Below are positions 1 to 8,988 of a stretch of 64,000 bases of DNA, piece after piece; the first letter of the stretch is position 1, and each line of letters begins with the position of its first letter. The DNA is taken from the NCBI GenBank assembly GCA_965220745.1, contig CBDCQT010000012.1, positions 448,001 through 512,000 of the forward strand, written 5' to 3'. The position numbers and the translations under genes are program-made. The notes beneath the pieces are model-generated. The model did no database searches. It saw nothing but the letters and a program-made list of their open reading frames with translations, and was not told where the DNA came from. The stretch is from Alphaproteobacteria bacterium. Its GTDB lineage: Bacteria > Pseudomonadota > Alphaproteobacteria > UBA828.

Positions 1-1
1 C

Positions 2-1057
2 GTGATCAAGATCGAGCGCGTCGGGCTGGGCGACATCTCGCGCTGGAGCGTGGGCGAGGACCCGGACGGCGGCAACAACCCTGTCTTCGCCAGCCTCAAT
101 CGCAACAAGCGCAGCGTCGCACTCAACCTGAAGTCGGAGGCGGACCGACAGGCCGCGTTGCGCCTGGTAGAGAGCGCGGACGTGGTGGTCAGCAACTTCC
201 GCCCCGGCGTGATCGAGCGCATGGGCTTCGGCTACGACGATCTGCGCCGCATCAATCCGCGCATCATCTGCGCGGTGGGCACCGGCTTCGGGCTGGAGGG
301 ACCCTACGTCCACAAGGGCGGGCAGGATGTGCTGGCCCAGGCGATGAGCGGCGCGATGCACCGCCGTGCGGACGACGCGCTGCCGCTCTCGATCTACCCC
401 ACGGCGCTGGCTGACTACAGCGCCGGCATGCACCTGGTGCAGGGGATCCTGCTGGCGCTGCTGCAGCGAGAGAAGACCGGCGAGGGGCAACAGGTGGCGG
501 TCTCGCTCTACAACTCCATGCTGGCCATGCAGATGCAGGAAGCGGCGATGCGGATGATGCGCGGCCGCGAGCTCAACTGGGCCGCCATGCCGCTCTCCGG
601 CGTGTTCGAGACCACCGACGGCGCCATCGTCATGGTGGGCGCGTTCAAGGAGAACCCGCTGCGCGACATCTGCCAGGCGCTCGGCATCGACGATCTCTCC
701 GCCGACGCCAGATACGCCACCCTGGAGCAGCAGCAGGCCCACCGCCCGGAGCTCCAGGCGATCTTCCGCGACGGCTTCGCGGGCAACACCACCGCACACT
801 GGCTGGCGCGGCTCGATGAGGTCGATATCCTTTGCGCCCCGGTGGTGACTCTGGAAGACGCGTTGGACGCCCCCCAGACCGCCTGCAACCGAATGGTCGT
901 GGAACTCGAACCGACAGCCGGCGGGCCCGTTCGCCTCGTGGCCTCCCCCATCGAGATGTCGGCGGCGCCGTTCGCGGTGCGCCGCGCTCCGCCTGGGCTG
1001 GGCGAGCACAACGACGAGGTGCTGGCACCAGAACGCGCCGGCGAGCACGCGGCGTGA
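2..1057 (+). CDS. CaiB/BaiF family III CoA transferase (5'-truncated by window edge)
   Basis: Motifs LNRNKRSVALNLK, ADVVVSNFRPGV, GQDVLAQAMSG, C-terminal PPGLGEHNDEVL. Confidence 0.93.
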   Translation: MIKIERVGLGDISRWSVGEDPDGGNNPVFASLNRNKRSVALNLKSEADRQAALRLVESADVVVSNFRPGVIERMGFGYDDLRRINPRIICAVGTGFGLEGPYVHKGGQDVLAQAMSGAMHRRADDALPLSIYPTALADYSAGMHLVQGILLALLQREKTGEGQQVAVSLYNSMLAMQMQEAAMRMMRGRELNWAAMPLSGVFETTDGAIVMVGAFKENPLRDICQALGIDDLSADARYATLEQQQAHRPELQAIFRDGFAGNTTAHWLARLDEVDILCAPVVTLEDALDAPQTACNRMVVELEPTAGGPVRLVASPIEMSAAPFAVRRAPPGLGEHNDEVLAPERAGEHAA

Positions 1058-1821
1058 GCGTCGATTTCAATGTCGCCGACGGCATCGCCCGGGTCACGCT
1101 GAACCGGCCCGAGCGCCTGAACGCCATCGACTCCGCATCTGCGGCTGCTCTCGATGATATCTGGACCGCGGTCGACGCGGACCCGGCGATCCGCTGCGTC
1201 GTGCTGACCGGCGCGGGCCGCGCCTTCTGCGCCGGCGCCGACATGAAGGAGGATGGTCCAGAGGGCTTGGCCTATTGGGCCGGCACCGGCGACCACGGCT
1301 TCGGTGGCATCGCGCTCGGCGGCCGCCTGTCCGTCCCCCTGATCGCCAGGGTCAACGGGCTCGCGCTCGGCGGCGGCTTCGAGATGGTGCTCGGCTGCGA
1401 CCTCGTCGTCGCCGCCGAGACCGCATCCTTCGGCTTGCCCGAGCCGCGGGTTGGCCGCTTGCCGCTCGACGGCATGATCCTCCTGCCCCGCCTGATCCCG
1501 CGCACGCAGGCCCTAGGACTGCTGCTCACCGGCCGGCGCATGAGCGCGGCAGACGCGCTCGACTGCGGCCTCATCAATCAGGTCGTGCCGGATGACGCGC
1601 TCGACGGCGCCGTCCAGTCCTGGATCGACGACATCGTTGCCTGCGCGCCGCTCAGCCTGAAGGCGATCAAACGGTCCGCGAACGACACCGCGCACCTTAC
1701 GGTACGTGAAGCCCGCAAGGCCCGCTTGCCGAGCCTCATCGCAGCGCTGCAGAGCCGGGATGCTCGGGAAGGGGTGCAAGCGTTCAGGGAGAAGCGAGAG
1801 CCCGTGTGGAGAGGCGGCTGA
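1054..1821 (+). CDS. Enoyl-CoA hydratase/isomerase (crotonase) family
   Basis: GTG at 1054 overlaps upstream TGA; motifs TLNRPERLNA, AFCAGADM, ALGGGFEMVLGCD, FGLPE. Confidence 0.92.
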   Translation: MSVDFNVADGIARVTLNRPERLNAIDSASAAALDDIWTAVDADPAIRCVVLTGAGRAFCAGADMKEDGPEGLAYWAGTGDHGFGGIALGGRLSVPLIARVNGLALGGGFEMVLGCDLVVAAETASFGLPEPRVGRLPLDGMILLPRLIPRTQALGLLLTGRRMSAADALDCGLINQVVPDDALDGAVQSWIDDIVACAPLSLKAIKRSANDTAHLTVREARKARLPSLIAALQSRDAREGVQAFREKREPVWRGG

Positions 1822-1931
1822 GGCGCGCAGCAACACGGCCGCTTCTACACGGCCGGCAGTCCGCATTGCCGTCACCTCCGAATTCTTCGATGATTCGCCG
1901 TGGAGACGTGGCGAGCGGAACCTGAGAATCA

Positions 1932-2843
1932 ATGCACGCGGCGGTATTGCGGTACTTCGAGGCGGTTGCCGAGGATGGCTCGATTCGCCGCGCCTCCGAA
2001 CGTCTTCATATCTCGCCCTCCGCCGTCAATCGGCAGATTCTCAAGCTTGAGGACTACCTCGGCACCCCGCTGTTCGAGCGGCGACCCGATGGGATGCGGC
2101 TAACCGATGCCGGGCAGCTGGTGCTATGCCACGCACGAGCCACTCTGCACGATTTCGCCCGGCTGCGCGGCGACATCGACAAGCTGCGCGGCGTCGTCAG
2201 CGGTGACGTGACCATCACCACCCTGGACAGTCTGAACGTGCAATTCCTGCCAGAAGCGCTGGCTGAGTTCATTTCCGCTCATCCGGCCGTACAGATCCGG
2301 GTGACGGCCTGCGATCCGGTCGAGACCATGCACGCGGTTACCCAGGGCAACGCGGATCTCGGCCTGACCTTCTCACCGGCCTTGCGTCGTGGAATCGCCG
2401 TTCTCAAGGACGTTCCGTGCCCCATGTGCGCCATCATGGCCCCGGATCACGCACTGGCGGCGCGCAAGACCGTTTCCTTGGACGAGTGCGGCGCCCACCC
2501 GCTGATGTACCAGGATAATTTGGGTTCGATGCAACTCTTCTTGGGAGAGGAGATGGAAGCCTTCAAGAACGCACACAAGCCGGTGGCGATCTCCAACACC
2601 CTGGCCGTCCTGAAGCGCTTGCTGCTGCGCGGTGTCGGCATCGCGTTCTACACGCGCCTGGGCTTCGCCGAGGAGCTGGCCAGCGGGCGCCTGGTCGCAG
2701 TGCCGCTCGAGGAAGAATCCATGTCGACCTTGCGCCTGTGCCTGATTGCACCCTCCGAGCGCAAACCGACTGTCGCAGCCCATGCGATGGCCGAGCACCT
2801 GCAGCAGGCCCTGGCCCAATTTGCCGTCGGCATCGATCCCTGA
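1932..2843 (+). CDS. LysR family transcriptional regulator
   Basis: N-terminal HTH (LRYFEAVAEDGSIRRASERLHISPSAVNRQI), 303 aa. Confidence 0.95.
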   Translation: MHAAVLRYFEAVAEDGSIRRASERLHISPSAVNRQILKLEDYLGTPLFERRPDGMRLTDAGQLVLCHARATLHDFARLRGDIDKLRGVVSGDVTITTLDSLNVQFLPEALAEFISAHPAVQIRVTACDPVETMHAVTQGNADLGLTFSPALRRGIAVLKDVPCPMCAIMAPDHALAARKTVSLDECGAHPLMYQDNLGSMQLFLGEEMEAFKNAHKPVAISNTLAVLKRLLLRGVGIAFYTRLGFAEELASGRLVAVPLEEESMSTLRLCLIAPSERKPTVAAHAMAEHLQQALAQFAVGIDP

Positions 2844-2862
2844 ATCGAGGCGTGACCGTTGT

Positions 2863-3128
2863 TAGAGCCTGTCCGTGATTGAGAGAATCATTAGGAATTC
2901 CGATTAGTTAGGGAATGTGATTCAAGCTGGCTACTGGTGAAGGAGGCCAGCATGGATGACACAGCCCTATTCCAGTGATCTTCGAGAGCGCGTGGTGCGG
3001 GCCCATTTGGCGGGCGAGCCGATTCGCCTGGTGGCGACGCGCTTCGGTGTCAGCGTCTCCTCGGTGCCGAAGTGGGTTGCGCGCTACCGGGCGACGGGGA
3101 GTGTGGCGCCGGGCAGGATCGGCGGACG
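2863..3128 (+). mobile_element. IS630-family left-end remnant with truncated transposase HTH
   Basis: TAGAGC end at 2863, GGAGG RBS, then MTQPYSSDLRERVV...ATRFGVSVSSVPKWVARYRATGSVAPGRIGG from 2956; similarity stops after RIGG. Confidence 0.8.
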
Positions 3129-3175
3129 CAACGTGGCGGGAGACGATTTCGCAGTCATCGCTGGCCGGGACCACC

Positions 3176-3320
3176 ACGATCTCGGCTCAACCGCGCGGCG
3201 TGAGTTTCGCATTCTTGTGGACGTTCATCCGGGGTTCTCTTCTCGGTTCGTTGACAGGTTTTCGTCACCCATCAGATTCCGAGATTCGGCCCCGGATGGA
3301 CAACCTATTGAGAGATCACA
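3176..3320 (-). mobile_element. IS481-family left-end remnant (pseudogenised transposase start)
   Basis: Minus strand begins TGTGATCTCTCAATAGGTTGT at 3320; ATG at 3228 reads MNVHKNAKLTPRG*AEIV, the typical IS481 transposase N-terminus with an in-frame TGA. Confidence 0.75.
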
Positions 3321-3352
3321 TATAGCAGGCTGCTAGAGCATCTTGACTTGGC

Positions 3353-3444
3353 TGTTGTTCGGCGTCGCCGCGTAGCCTCTCGGAATGGAAGCGAACCAAA
3401 CTCCTTGTACGCCGATCGGCATCCAATCTGTGCGTAGAACGACA
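3353..3444 (+). repeat. ~92-bp MITE-like repeat, diverged copy
   Basis: TGTTGTTCGGCG...GAACGACA ends; internal CGCCGATCGGC at nearly the same offset as in 14709-14801. Confidence 0.55.
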
Positions 3445-3615
3445 ATCGGCCGGGGCGGGATGGTGGCGCAGCCGGCGAGTCTGGAACGTTAGACCTTCCG
3501 TCCGCCGAATTGCCTTTATCCGCTCGGTCCCCTGGCTTGTTGAACAGCCGGTCAAGGTCCAAGGGCGACGTCCCGGCCTGTCGGAGGCGAAGCTCGTGTC
3601 TTTGTTGGACACGAC

Positions 3616-3685
3616 CACCTATCCGAACGAGTCTCGGACCTATCCATTTCGCCGACTGACACGCGGGCGGCATGCTCCATAGACT
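3616..3685 (+). promoter_or_regulatory. Putative activator-dependent promoter: two ACCTATCC boxes 21 bp apart, then CTGACA-N18-TAGACT
   Basis: Boxes at 3617 and 3638; 53/58 nt identical inverted copy at 11759-11816; lies upstream of the ABC operon. Confidence 0.65.
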
Positions 3686-3774
3686 TCAGCATCGGGTTGC
3701 TGCCTGGCGGGTTGGCGCGGGCGGGGCGTTGGGGCAACATCGGTGTCCTGAACGCTTGGAGAGCAGACGGATAG

Positions 3775-4689
3775 ATGGCGCTTGCTGCCGCCGAGGCGGG
3801 GCCGAAGCTCCCGCTGCCGGACCTTCGGCGCTTTTTCGCCGACGCCAAGTTTTATTGGCTGGTGTTGCCGGCCTTCACGTTCTTCCTGATCTTCTTCGTC
3901 ATCCCGACCGTCTCGCTGTTCCTGATCTCCTTCGACAAGTCGATCGCGGGCGTGGTCGACATCCAGTGGGACTTCACGCTCAAGAACTACATCCGCTTCT
4001 TCAACCGCTCGCTCTACTACGAGGCGGCGATACGGTCGATCGGGCTCGCGGCGATCGTCTCGGTCTGCACGCTGGCGCTCGGCTACCCGCTCGCCTACTT
4101 CGTCGCCAAGACCAGGCATCCGGGGCGCAACACCTTCTACATGATCCTCGTGCTGAGCGCGATGCAGCTCGACATGGTGATCCGCCTCTTCGGCCTGATG
4201 GTGCTGATGGGCGACAACGGGATCATCAACGGCGTCCTGCGCGATATCGGCGTCATCCGCGAGCCGCTGCCGCTGATGTACAACTTCTTCGGCGCGGTGG
4301 TGGGGCTGGTGCAGTTCACCCTGCCCTTCATGGTGCTCTCGCTGATCGGCATCATCCGAAGCATCCACCCGTCGCTGGAGGAGGCGGCGCGCAGCCTCGG
4401 CGCCAACCGCTGGACCACCTTCTGGCGCATCACCTTCCCGCTCAGCATGCCGGGCATCCTCGCCGGCACGCTGCTGGTCTTCGCGATTTCGATCTCTTCC
4501 TACGTGGTGCCGGCGCTGATGGGCGGCTGGAAGGTGATCGTGATGCCGCTCCACATCTATCAGCAGATCGCCGAGATGGGTAAGTGGCAGTTCGGCGCGA
4601 CCATCGCGGTGGTGCTCTTCGTCACCAGCATGATCGCGGTCTACGTCTATCAGCGCTTCGCGGCGCGCACCGCAGGCGGGCGGGCCTGA
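3775..4689 (+). CDS. ABC transporter permease, PotB-like
   Basis: Hydrophobic helices; EAA motif LEEAARSLGANRWTTFWRITFPLS. Confidence 0.92.
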   Translation: MALAAAEAGPKLPLPDLRRFFADAKFYWLVLPAFTFFLIFFVIPTVSLFLISFDKSIAGVVDIQWDFTLKNYIRFFNRSLYYEAAIRSIGLAAIVSVCTLALGYPLAYFVAKTRHPGRNTFYMILVLSAMQLDMVIRLFGLMVLMGDNGIINGVLRDIGVIREPLPLMYNFFGAVVGLVQFTLPFMVLSLIGIIRSIHPSLEEAARSLGANRWTTFWRITFPLSMPGILAGTLLVFAISISSYVVPALMGGWKVIVMPLHIYQQIAEMGKWQFGATIAVVLFVTSMIAVYVYQRFAARTAGGRA

Positions 4690-4690
4690 G

Positions 4691-5578
4691 ATGGCGGAGA
4701 TGGTGACGGATACGGGGCCCGAGCCGCGCGGCGGTGGCTGGAGGCCGTTCGGCCGGCGCAACGGGCCGCGCGAGGAGCCGGCGGTCGCGCTGCCGCTCCA
4801 GATCGGCGCGTGGATCGCCTTCGTCGTCTTGCTGCTCCCCGTGGTCATCGTGGTGCTGGCCGGGCTCAACTCCGGCGATCACCTGACCTGGCCGCCGGAA
4901 GGGCTCTCGCTCCGCTGGATCTTCGCGTTCTTCGAGGCGAGCGAGTTCCTGGACGCCTACGTGTTCAGCCTCTGGCTCGCTGTGGTGGTCATGGTGATCT
5001 CGACCACGCTCGGCACCATGGCGGCGATCTTCCTCACGCGCATGACCTTCCCCGGCCGCAACCTGCTGAGGGCCTACTTCCTCTCGCCGCTGATCCTGCC
5101 GGGGATCGTGCTGGGGCTCGCGCTCTACGTCTTCTACGTCTCCAGCGGCATCGGGCTCTCGCGCACGCTGCCAGGGCTCATCATCGGCCACGTGCTGGTG
5201 ACGGCACCTTACGTGATCGGCACGGTCTCGGCCGCGCTCTTCAACTTCGACATCGCATTGGAAGAGGCCGCCCGCAGCCTGGGCGCCGGTCCCTGGACGG
5301 CATTCCGCAAGGTGACGCTGCCGATCATCGGGCCGGGCGTTGCAGCCGGTGCGATCTTCGCCTTCATCGTGTCCTTCGGGCAGTTCGACGTGTCGCTCTT
5401 CCTGAGCACGCCGAACTATACGCCGCTGCCGATCGCCCTCTATATTTCGCTGCGATACACGTTCGAGCCGACGGCGGCGGCGGCGGGCATCTTCGCGATT
5501 GCGCTGGTCGTGGTCTCGATGCTGCTCACTTCGCGACTCATCAACATCCGGCGCTTCGCCGGGATCAAGTTCTCGTAA
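4691..5578 (+). CDS. ABC transporter permease, PotC-like
   Basis: WPPEGLSLRW and LEEAARSLGAG motifs. Confidence 0.92.
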   Translation: MAEMVTDTGPEPRGGGWRPFGRRNGPREEPAVALPLQIGAWIAFVVLLLPVVIVVLAGLNSGDHLTWPPEGLSLRWIFAFFEASEFLDAYVFSLWLAVVVMVISTTLGTMAAIFLTRMTFPGRNLLRAYFLSPLILPGIVLGLALYVFYVSSGIGLSRTLPGLIIGHVLVTAPYVIGTVSAALFNFDIALEEAARSLGAGPWTAFRKVTLPIIGPGVAAGAIFAFIVSFGQFDVSLFLSTPNYTPLPIALYISLRYTFEPTAAAAGIFAIALVVVSMLLTSRLINIRRFAGIKFS

Positions 5579-5611
5579 CCGACGATGCAATCGACGAAAG
5601 GAGAATGAACG

Positions 5612-6733
5612 ATGACCGCCAAACGCACTATCAAGCCGTCGCGCCGCACTGTCCTCAAGGGGTTGGCTGCCGGCGGCGGCGTAGCTGCCTCCACCAAGTT
5701 CGGGCTCTTCAACATCAACCATTCCTGGTCGCAGGACGTGCACTGGGACGGCGAGCCCTTCGATGCGGGCGGTGCCACCTTCACGCTCGGCGAGTGGGGT
5801 GGCTTCTGGGAGGAGTTCGTCCGCGACGCGCAGCTGAACGAGTTCGAAAAGACCTACAACTGCACGATCGCCTACGATTCCTCTTGGCCCTGGTTCCCGA
5901 AGTACGTCGCAGGTGGGCCGGAAGACCCGGCCTTCGACATGTGCAACTGGAACCTGCCCGAGATGATGAAGACCGCGCGGGCGGGCGACTACTTCCTGCC
6001 GATCGACGACATCAAGGCGAACGTACCCAACGCGAACGACTGCTGGGACTTCGCCTTCGGCAACGGCATCGGCGTGACCTGGGCCTTTGGCCAGTACGCC
6101 TACGTGTACCGGACCGACCTGGTGGATCCCGCGCCCACGGACTTCAAGTCGTTCTGGGAGGACCGCTTCGCCGGCAACCGTGCCACTTACATCACGTCCA
6201 ATACCCTGCAGATGGTCTTCTTCATCACCGCCAGCGCCGCCTGGGGTGAGGGGCCGGAGGACCTGGATGCCGGTTTCGACGCCATGGAGCGCGCCATGCC
6301 GATGAAGATCAGCGACTTCACCGGCAACATGCAGACCCTGGTGGAGCGCGGCGAGGTGCACCTCGGCGTTCAGTGGGAGGGCGAGGTCTACCTGCAGATG
6401 GACAAGGGCATCTCCGTCGCCCCCGTCATCTGGGACGCCAAGCCGATCCTGACCCAGACCAAGACGATCAGCCGCTACGCCGAGCCGATGCAGAAGAAGC
6501 TCGGCTATGCGCTGATGAACGAGGCGCTCGACCCCGGCTACCAGTCGAAGGCCGGCTCCATATTTTATCTGCGGCCGACCAACGGCAAGGCGGCGGTGTC
6601 GGATAACCTCGCGAGCAAGGGCGTTGCCAACACCGCCGGCGCCATGGAGGGGCTCTGGATCCCGGATTGGAACTGGTATCTCGACAACGAGGACGACATC
6701 GTCGAGACCACCAACGAGATCTTCGGCGGCTAA
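5612..6733 (+). CDS. Extracellular solute-binding protein (PotD/PotF-like), Tat signal
   Basis: SRRTVLK twin-arginine motif; AAGGAG RBS; located between permeases and ATPase. Confidence 0.88.
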   Translation: MTAKRTIKPSRRTVLKGLAAGGGVAASTKFGLFNINHSWSQDVHWDGEPFDAGGATFTLGEWGGFWEEFVRDAQLNEFEKTYNCTIAYDSSWPWFPKYVAGGPEDPAFDMCNWNLPEMMKTARAGDYFLPIDDIKANVPNANDCWDFAFGNGIGVTWAFGQYAYVYRTDLVDPAPTDFKSFWEDRFAGNRATYITSNTLQMVFFITASAAWGEGPEDLDAGFDAMERAMPMKISDFTGNMQTLVERGEVHLGVQWEGEVYLQMDKGISVAPVIWDAKPILTQTKTISRYAEPMQKKLGYALMNEALDPGYQSKAGSIFYLRPTNGKAAVSDNLASKGVANTAGAMEGLWIPDWNWYLDNEDDIVETTNEIFGG

Positions 6734-6767
6734 AGCCTTCTTGCCGGGCGCCTGAACGGAGCAGCGC

Positions 6768-7838
6768 GTGTCGGACGTCGAGCTTACGGGTCTGACCAAA
6801 CGCTTCGGCGAGACCCTCGCGGTCGACGACGTCTCGCTCCGGGTCGAGGAGGGGGAGTTCTTCTCCCTCCTCGGCCCGTCCGGCTGCGGCAAGACCACGA
6901 CGCTCCGCATGATCGCGGGCTTCGTTCGCCCGAACGAGGGGCAGGTCTTCATCGGCGGCGAGGACATGACCCTGCTCCCGCCGGAGAAGCGGGGCATCGG
7001 GATCGTCTTCCAGAACTACGCGATCTTTCCGCACATGACGGTGTTCGACAACATCGCCTTCGGCCTGAAGATGCGGAAGGTGCCAAAGCGGGAGATTCGC
7101 GGCCGCGTCGGCAAGGCGCTCGAACAGGTCAATCTCGACGGCTACGAGCGGCGCTACCAGCGCGAGCTTTCCGGCGGCGAGCAGCAGCGCGTGGCGCTCG
7201 CCCGCGTGCTGATCACCGAACCCAAGATCCTCCTCCTAGACGAGCCACTCAGCGCGCTCGACAAGAAGCTCCGGGAGGAGATGAAGTACTGGATCAAGGG
7301 ACTGCAGCAGTCGCTCGCCATCACCACCGTCTACGTTACTCACGACCAGGGCGAGGCGCTCACCATGTCCGATCGCATCGCGGTGATGAACCGCGCGAAG
7401 GTTGTCCAGATCGGCGCGCCCGATACCATCTACGAGCATCCGGCCGACCGCTTCGTCACCGACTTCATCGGCGAGTCCAACATCCTCGAAGCGCGCGTCG
7501 CGGCGGTGAGCGCGGACGAATGTCGCGTCGCCGTGGGCCGAGTCGAGTTCGCAGCCCCGCGGCGCGACGGGATCGAGACCGGCCAGGCGGTGGGCTTCGT
7601 GGTGCGGCCGGAGCGCGTGCTCATCGGCCCTGCCGCCGAGGCCATCGACGGCACCCGGCTTACCGCGACCGTGGTCGACCGCAGCTACCAGGGCGCGATC
7701 ATCCGTTACCGCATGCAACTCGAAGGCCAGGAGATCGTGGCCGAGGTGCCCAACCGGCCGGATCAACCCCACCTCGCTGACGGGGCCGAGGCCGTGATCG
7801 GCTGGACCGTGGCGAGCAGCGAGCTGCTCGTCGACTGA
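6768..7838 (+). CDS. ABC ATP-binding protein, PotA-like with TOBE domain
   Basis: GPSGCGKT, LSGGEQQRVALAR, LLLDEP. Confidence 0.95.
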   Translation: MSDVELTGLTKRFGETLAVDDVSLRVEEGEFFSLLGPSGCGKTTTLRMIAGFVRPNEGQVFIGGEDMTLLPPEKRGIGIVFQNYAIFPHMTVFDNIAFGLKMRKVPKREIRGRVGKALEQVNLDGYERRYQRELSGGEQQRVALARVLITEPKILLLDEPLSALDKKLREEMKYWIKGLQQSLAITTVYVTHDQGEALTMSDRIAVMNRAKVVQIGAPDTIYEHPADRFVTDFIGESNILEARVAAVSADECRVAVGRVEFAAPRRDGIETGQAVGFVVRPERVLIGPAAEAIDGTRLTATVVDRSYQGAIIRYRMQLEGQEIVAEVPNRPDQPHLADGAEAVIGWTVASSELLVD

Positions 7839-7854
7839 CTCCGTAACCGACTGC

Positions 7855-8958
7855 TCAGACCAGCTCTTCGATCGGCGTGTAGACGTCCGCGATCCCGAAA
7901 TACTTGGGGCCGAACACGTCGAGCGCCTCGGGCGTCCGCATCACCGGTGGCACGCTGACGCCCACCACGCGCACCCGCTGGCCGTACTTGAGTCCCTCGG
8001 TGGTGATCGGCTCGGCGTTCTCCTGATCGAGGATGCAGATCAGGTCCGGCACCATGCCGAGCATGCGCTCGCCCTGCTGAGCCACCAGAAACTCGTTCTG
8101 GAAGCGCACTTCGAGCTGCTCGCCCGAGTTCTCGCCAATGCCTTCGAAGAGCACCCGCCCGATGGCCCAGCCGCGCGTGGTCTCGCGCAATAGGTCCACC
8201 ACCTTGCCTTCGAACAGCACCGTGCAGAAGCGCTTGTCGCGGGAGGTCTGGAAGTACTGCTGGAGCCCGGCGAAGGGGTCGCTCTGGGTCTCGCGGGCCT
8301 CGCGGATCGAGCGGCCGATCTCCATGGCGAGCGTGGTGGTGTAGAGGACGCCGGTCTCCTTCGCCTCCTTGCCCGACATGCTGTAGAGCGCGATTTCCGA
8401 CTTGGTGCCCATGCGGGTGCACACCACCCGCGCGAACCACTCGGATTCGAGATTACTGCGGGCGCGCACGATGACCTCGTTGCCGTGCTCGTCGCGCAGC
8501 ACGATGGGGGACGCAGGCACGCCGTAGACGCCGAAGGTGCACATCTGCAGCTCGGGGAAGGCGCGCCCCATGCCGTCGCCGTCCACGACCGGCAGCCCGG
8601 TCATGGCTCCGATCACCATGGGCAGCGTGCCGTTGATGCCGCCGGCCTCGGCGGAGATGAGCGCGGTGGCCGTGCGGCCCTTCTCGCGCTCGATCGAGCG
8701 CAGGCACTCCACCATGGCATGCGCGCTCGGGATCTTCTCGACCATCACGGTGGGCGCGCCCATGTTGGCGACCGAGACGACGAAGTCGTCGTCGTCGAGC
8801 TCCATCGGGTCCATGATGGTGATGTCGGCGCCTTCCTCCAGCTTCTGGCGCAGGATCAGCCCGCCCACGTAGGGATCGCCGCCGCCGCCGGTGCCGAGAA
8901 AGGCGGTGCCGCGCAGAAAATCCGGCAGTAAGTCGAGGTGCATCTTCATCGTTGGCAT
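7855..8958 (-). CDS. DUF917 family protein (thiohydantoin desulfurase-like)
   Basis: GTAFLGTGGGGDP, MGAP, EAGGING, DGDGMGRAFPELQM, QNEFL, PDLI motifs. Confidence 0.88.
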   Translation of the reverse strand: MPTMKMHLDLLPDFLRGTAFLGTGGGGDPYVGGLILRQKLEEGADITIMDPMELDDDDFVVSVANMGAPTVMVEKIPSAHAMVECLRSIEREKGRTATALISAEAGGINGTLPMVIGAMTGLPVVDGDGMGRAFPELQMCTFGVYGVPASPIVLRDEHGNEVIVRARSNLESEWFARVVCTRMGTKSEIALYSMSGKEAKETGVLYTTTLAMEIGRSIREARETQSDPFAGLQQYFQTSRDKRFCTVLFEGKVVDLLRETTRGWAIGRVLFEGIGENSGEQLEVRFQNEFLVAQQGERMLGMVPDLICILDQENAEPITTEGLKYGQRVRVVGVSVPPVMRTPEALDVFGPKYFGIADVYTPIEELV

Positions 8959-8988
8959 TGTTCGCTATCGCTCCTGCTTGGCTGGCGC

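Noticed and set aside
2956-3336. 126-aa ORF as an intact gene
   Set aside because: Only the first ~57 codons are transposase-like; the rest reads through the antisense IS481 remnant.
4622-6997. Long antisense ORFs (791 aa here; also 17378-19696, 25229-27622, 29257-31860, 58614-61613 and others)
   Set aside because: Shadow frames opposite well-supported genes, expected in high-GC DNA; no family motifs.
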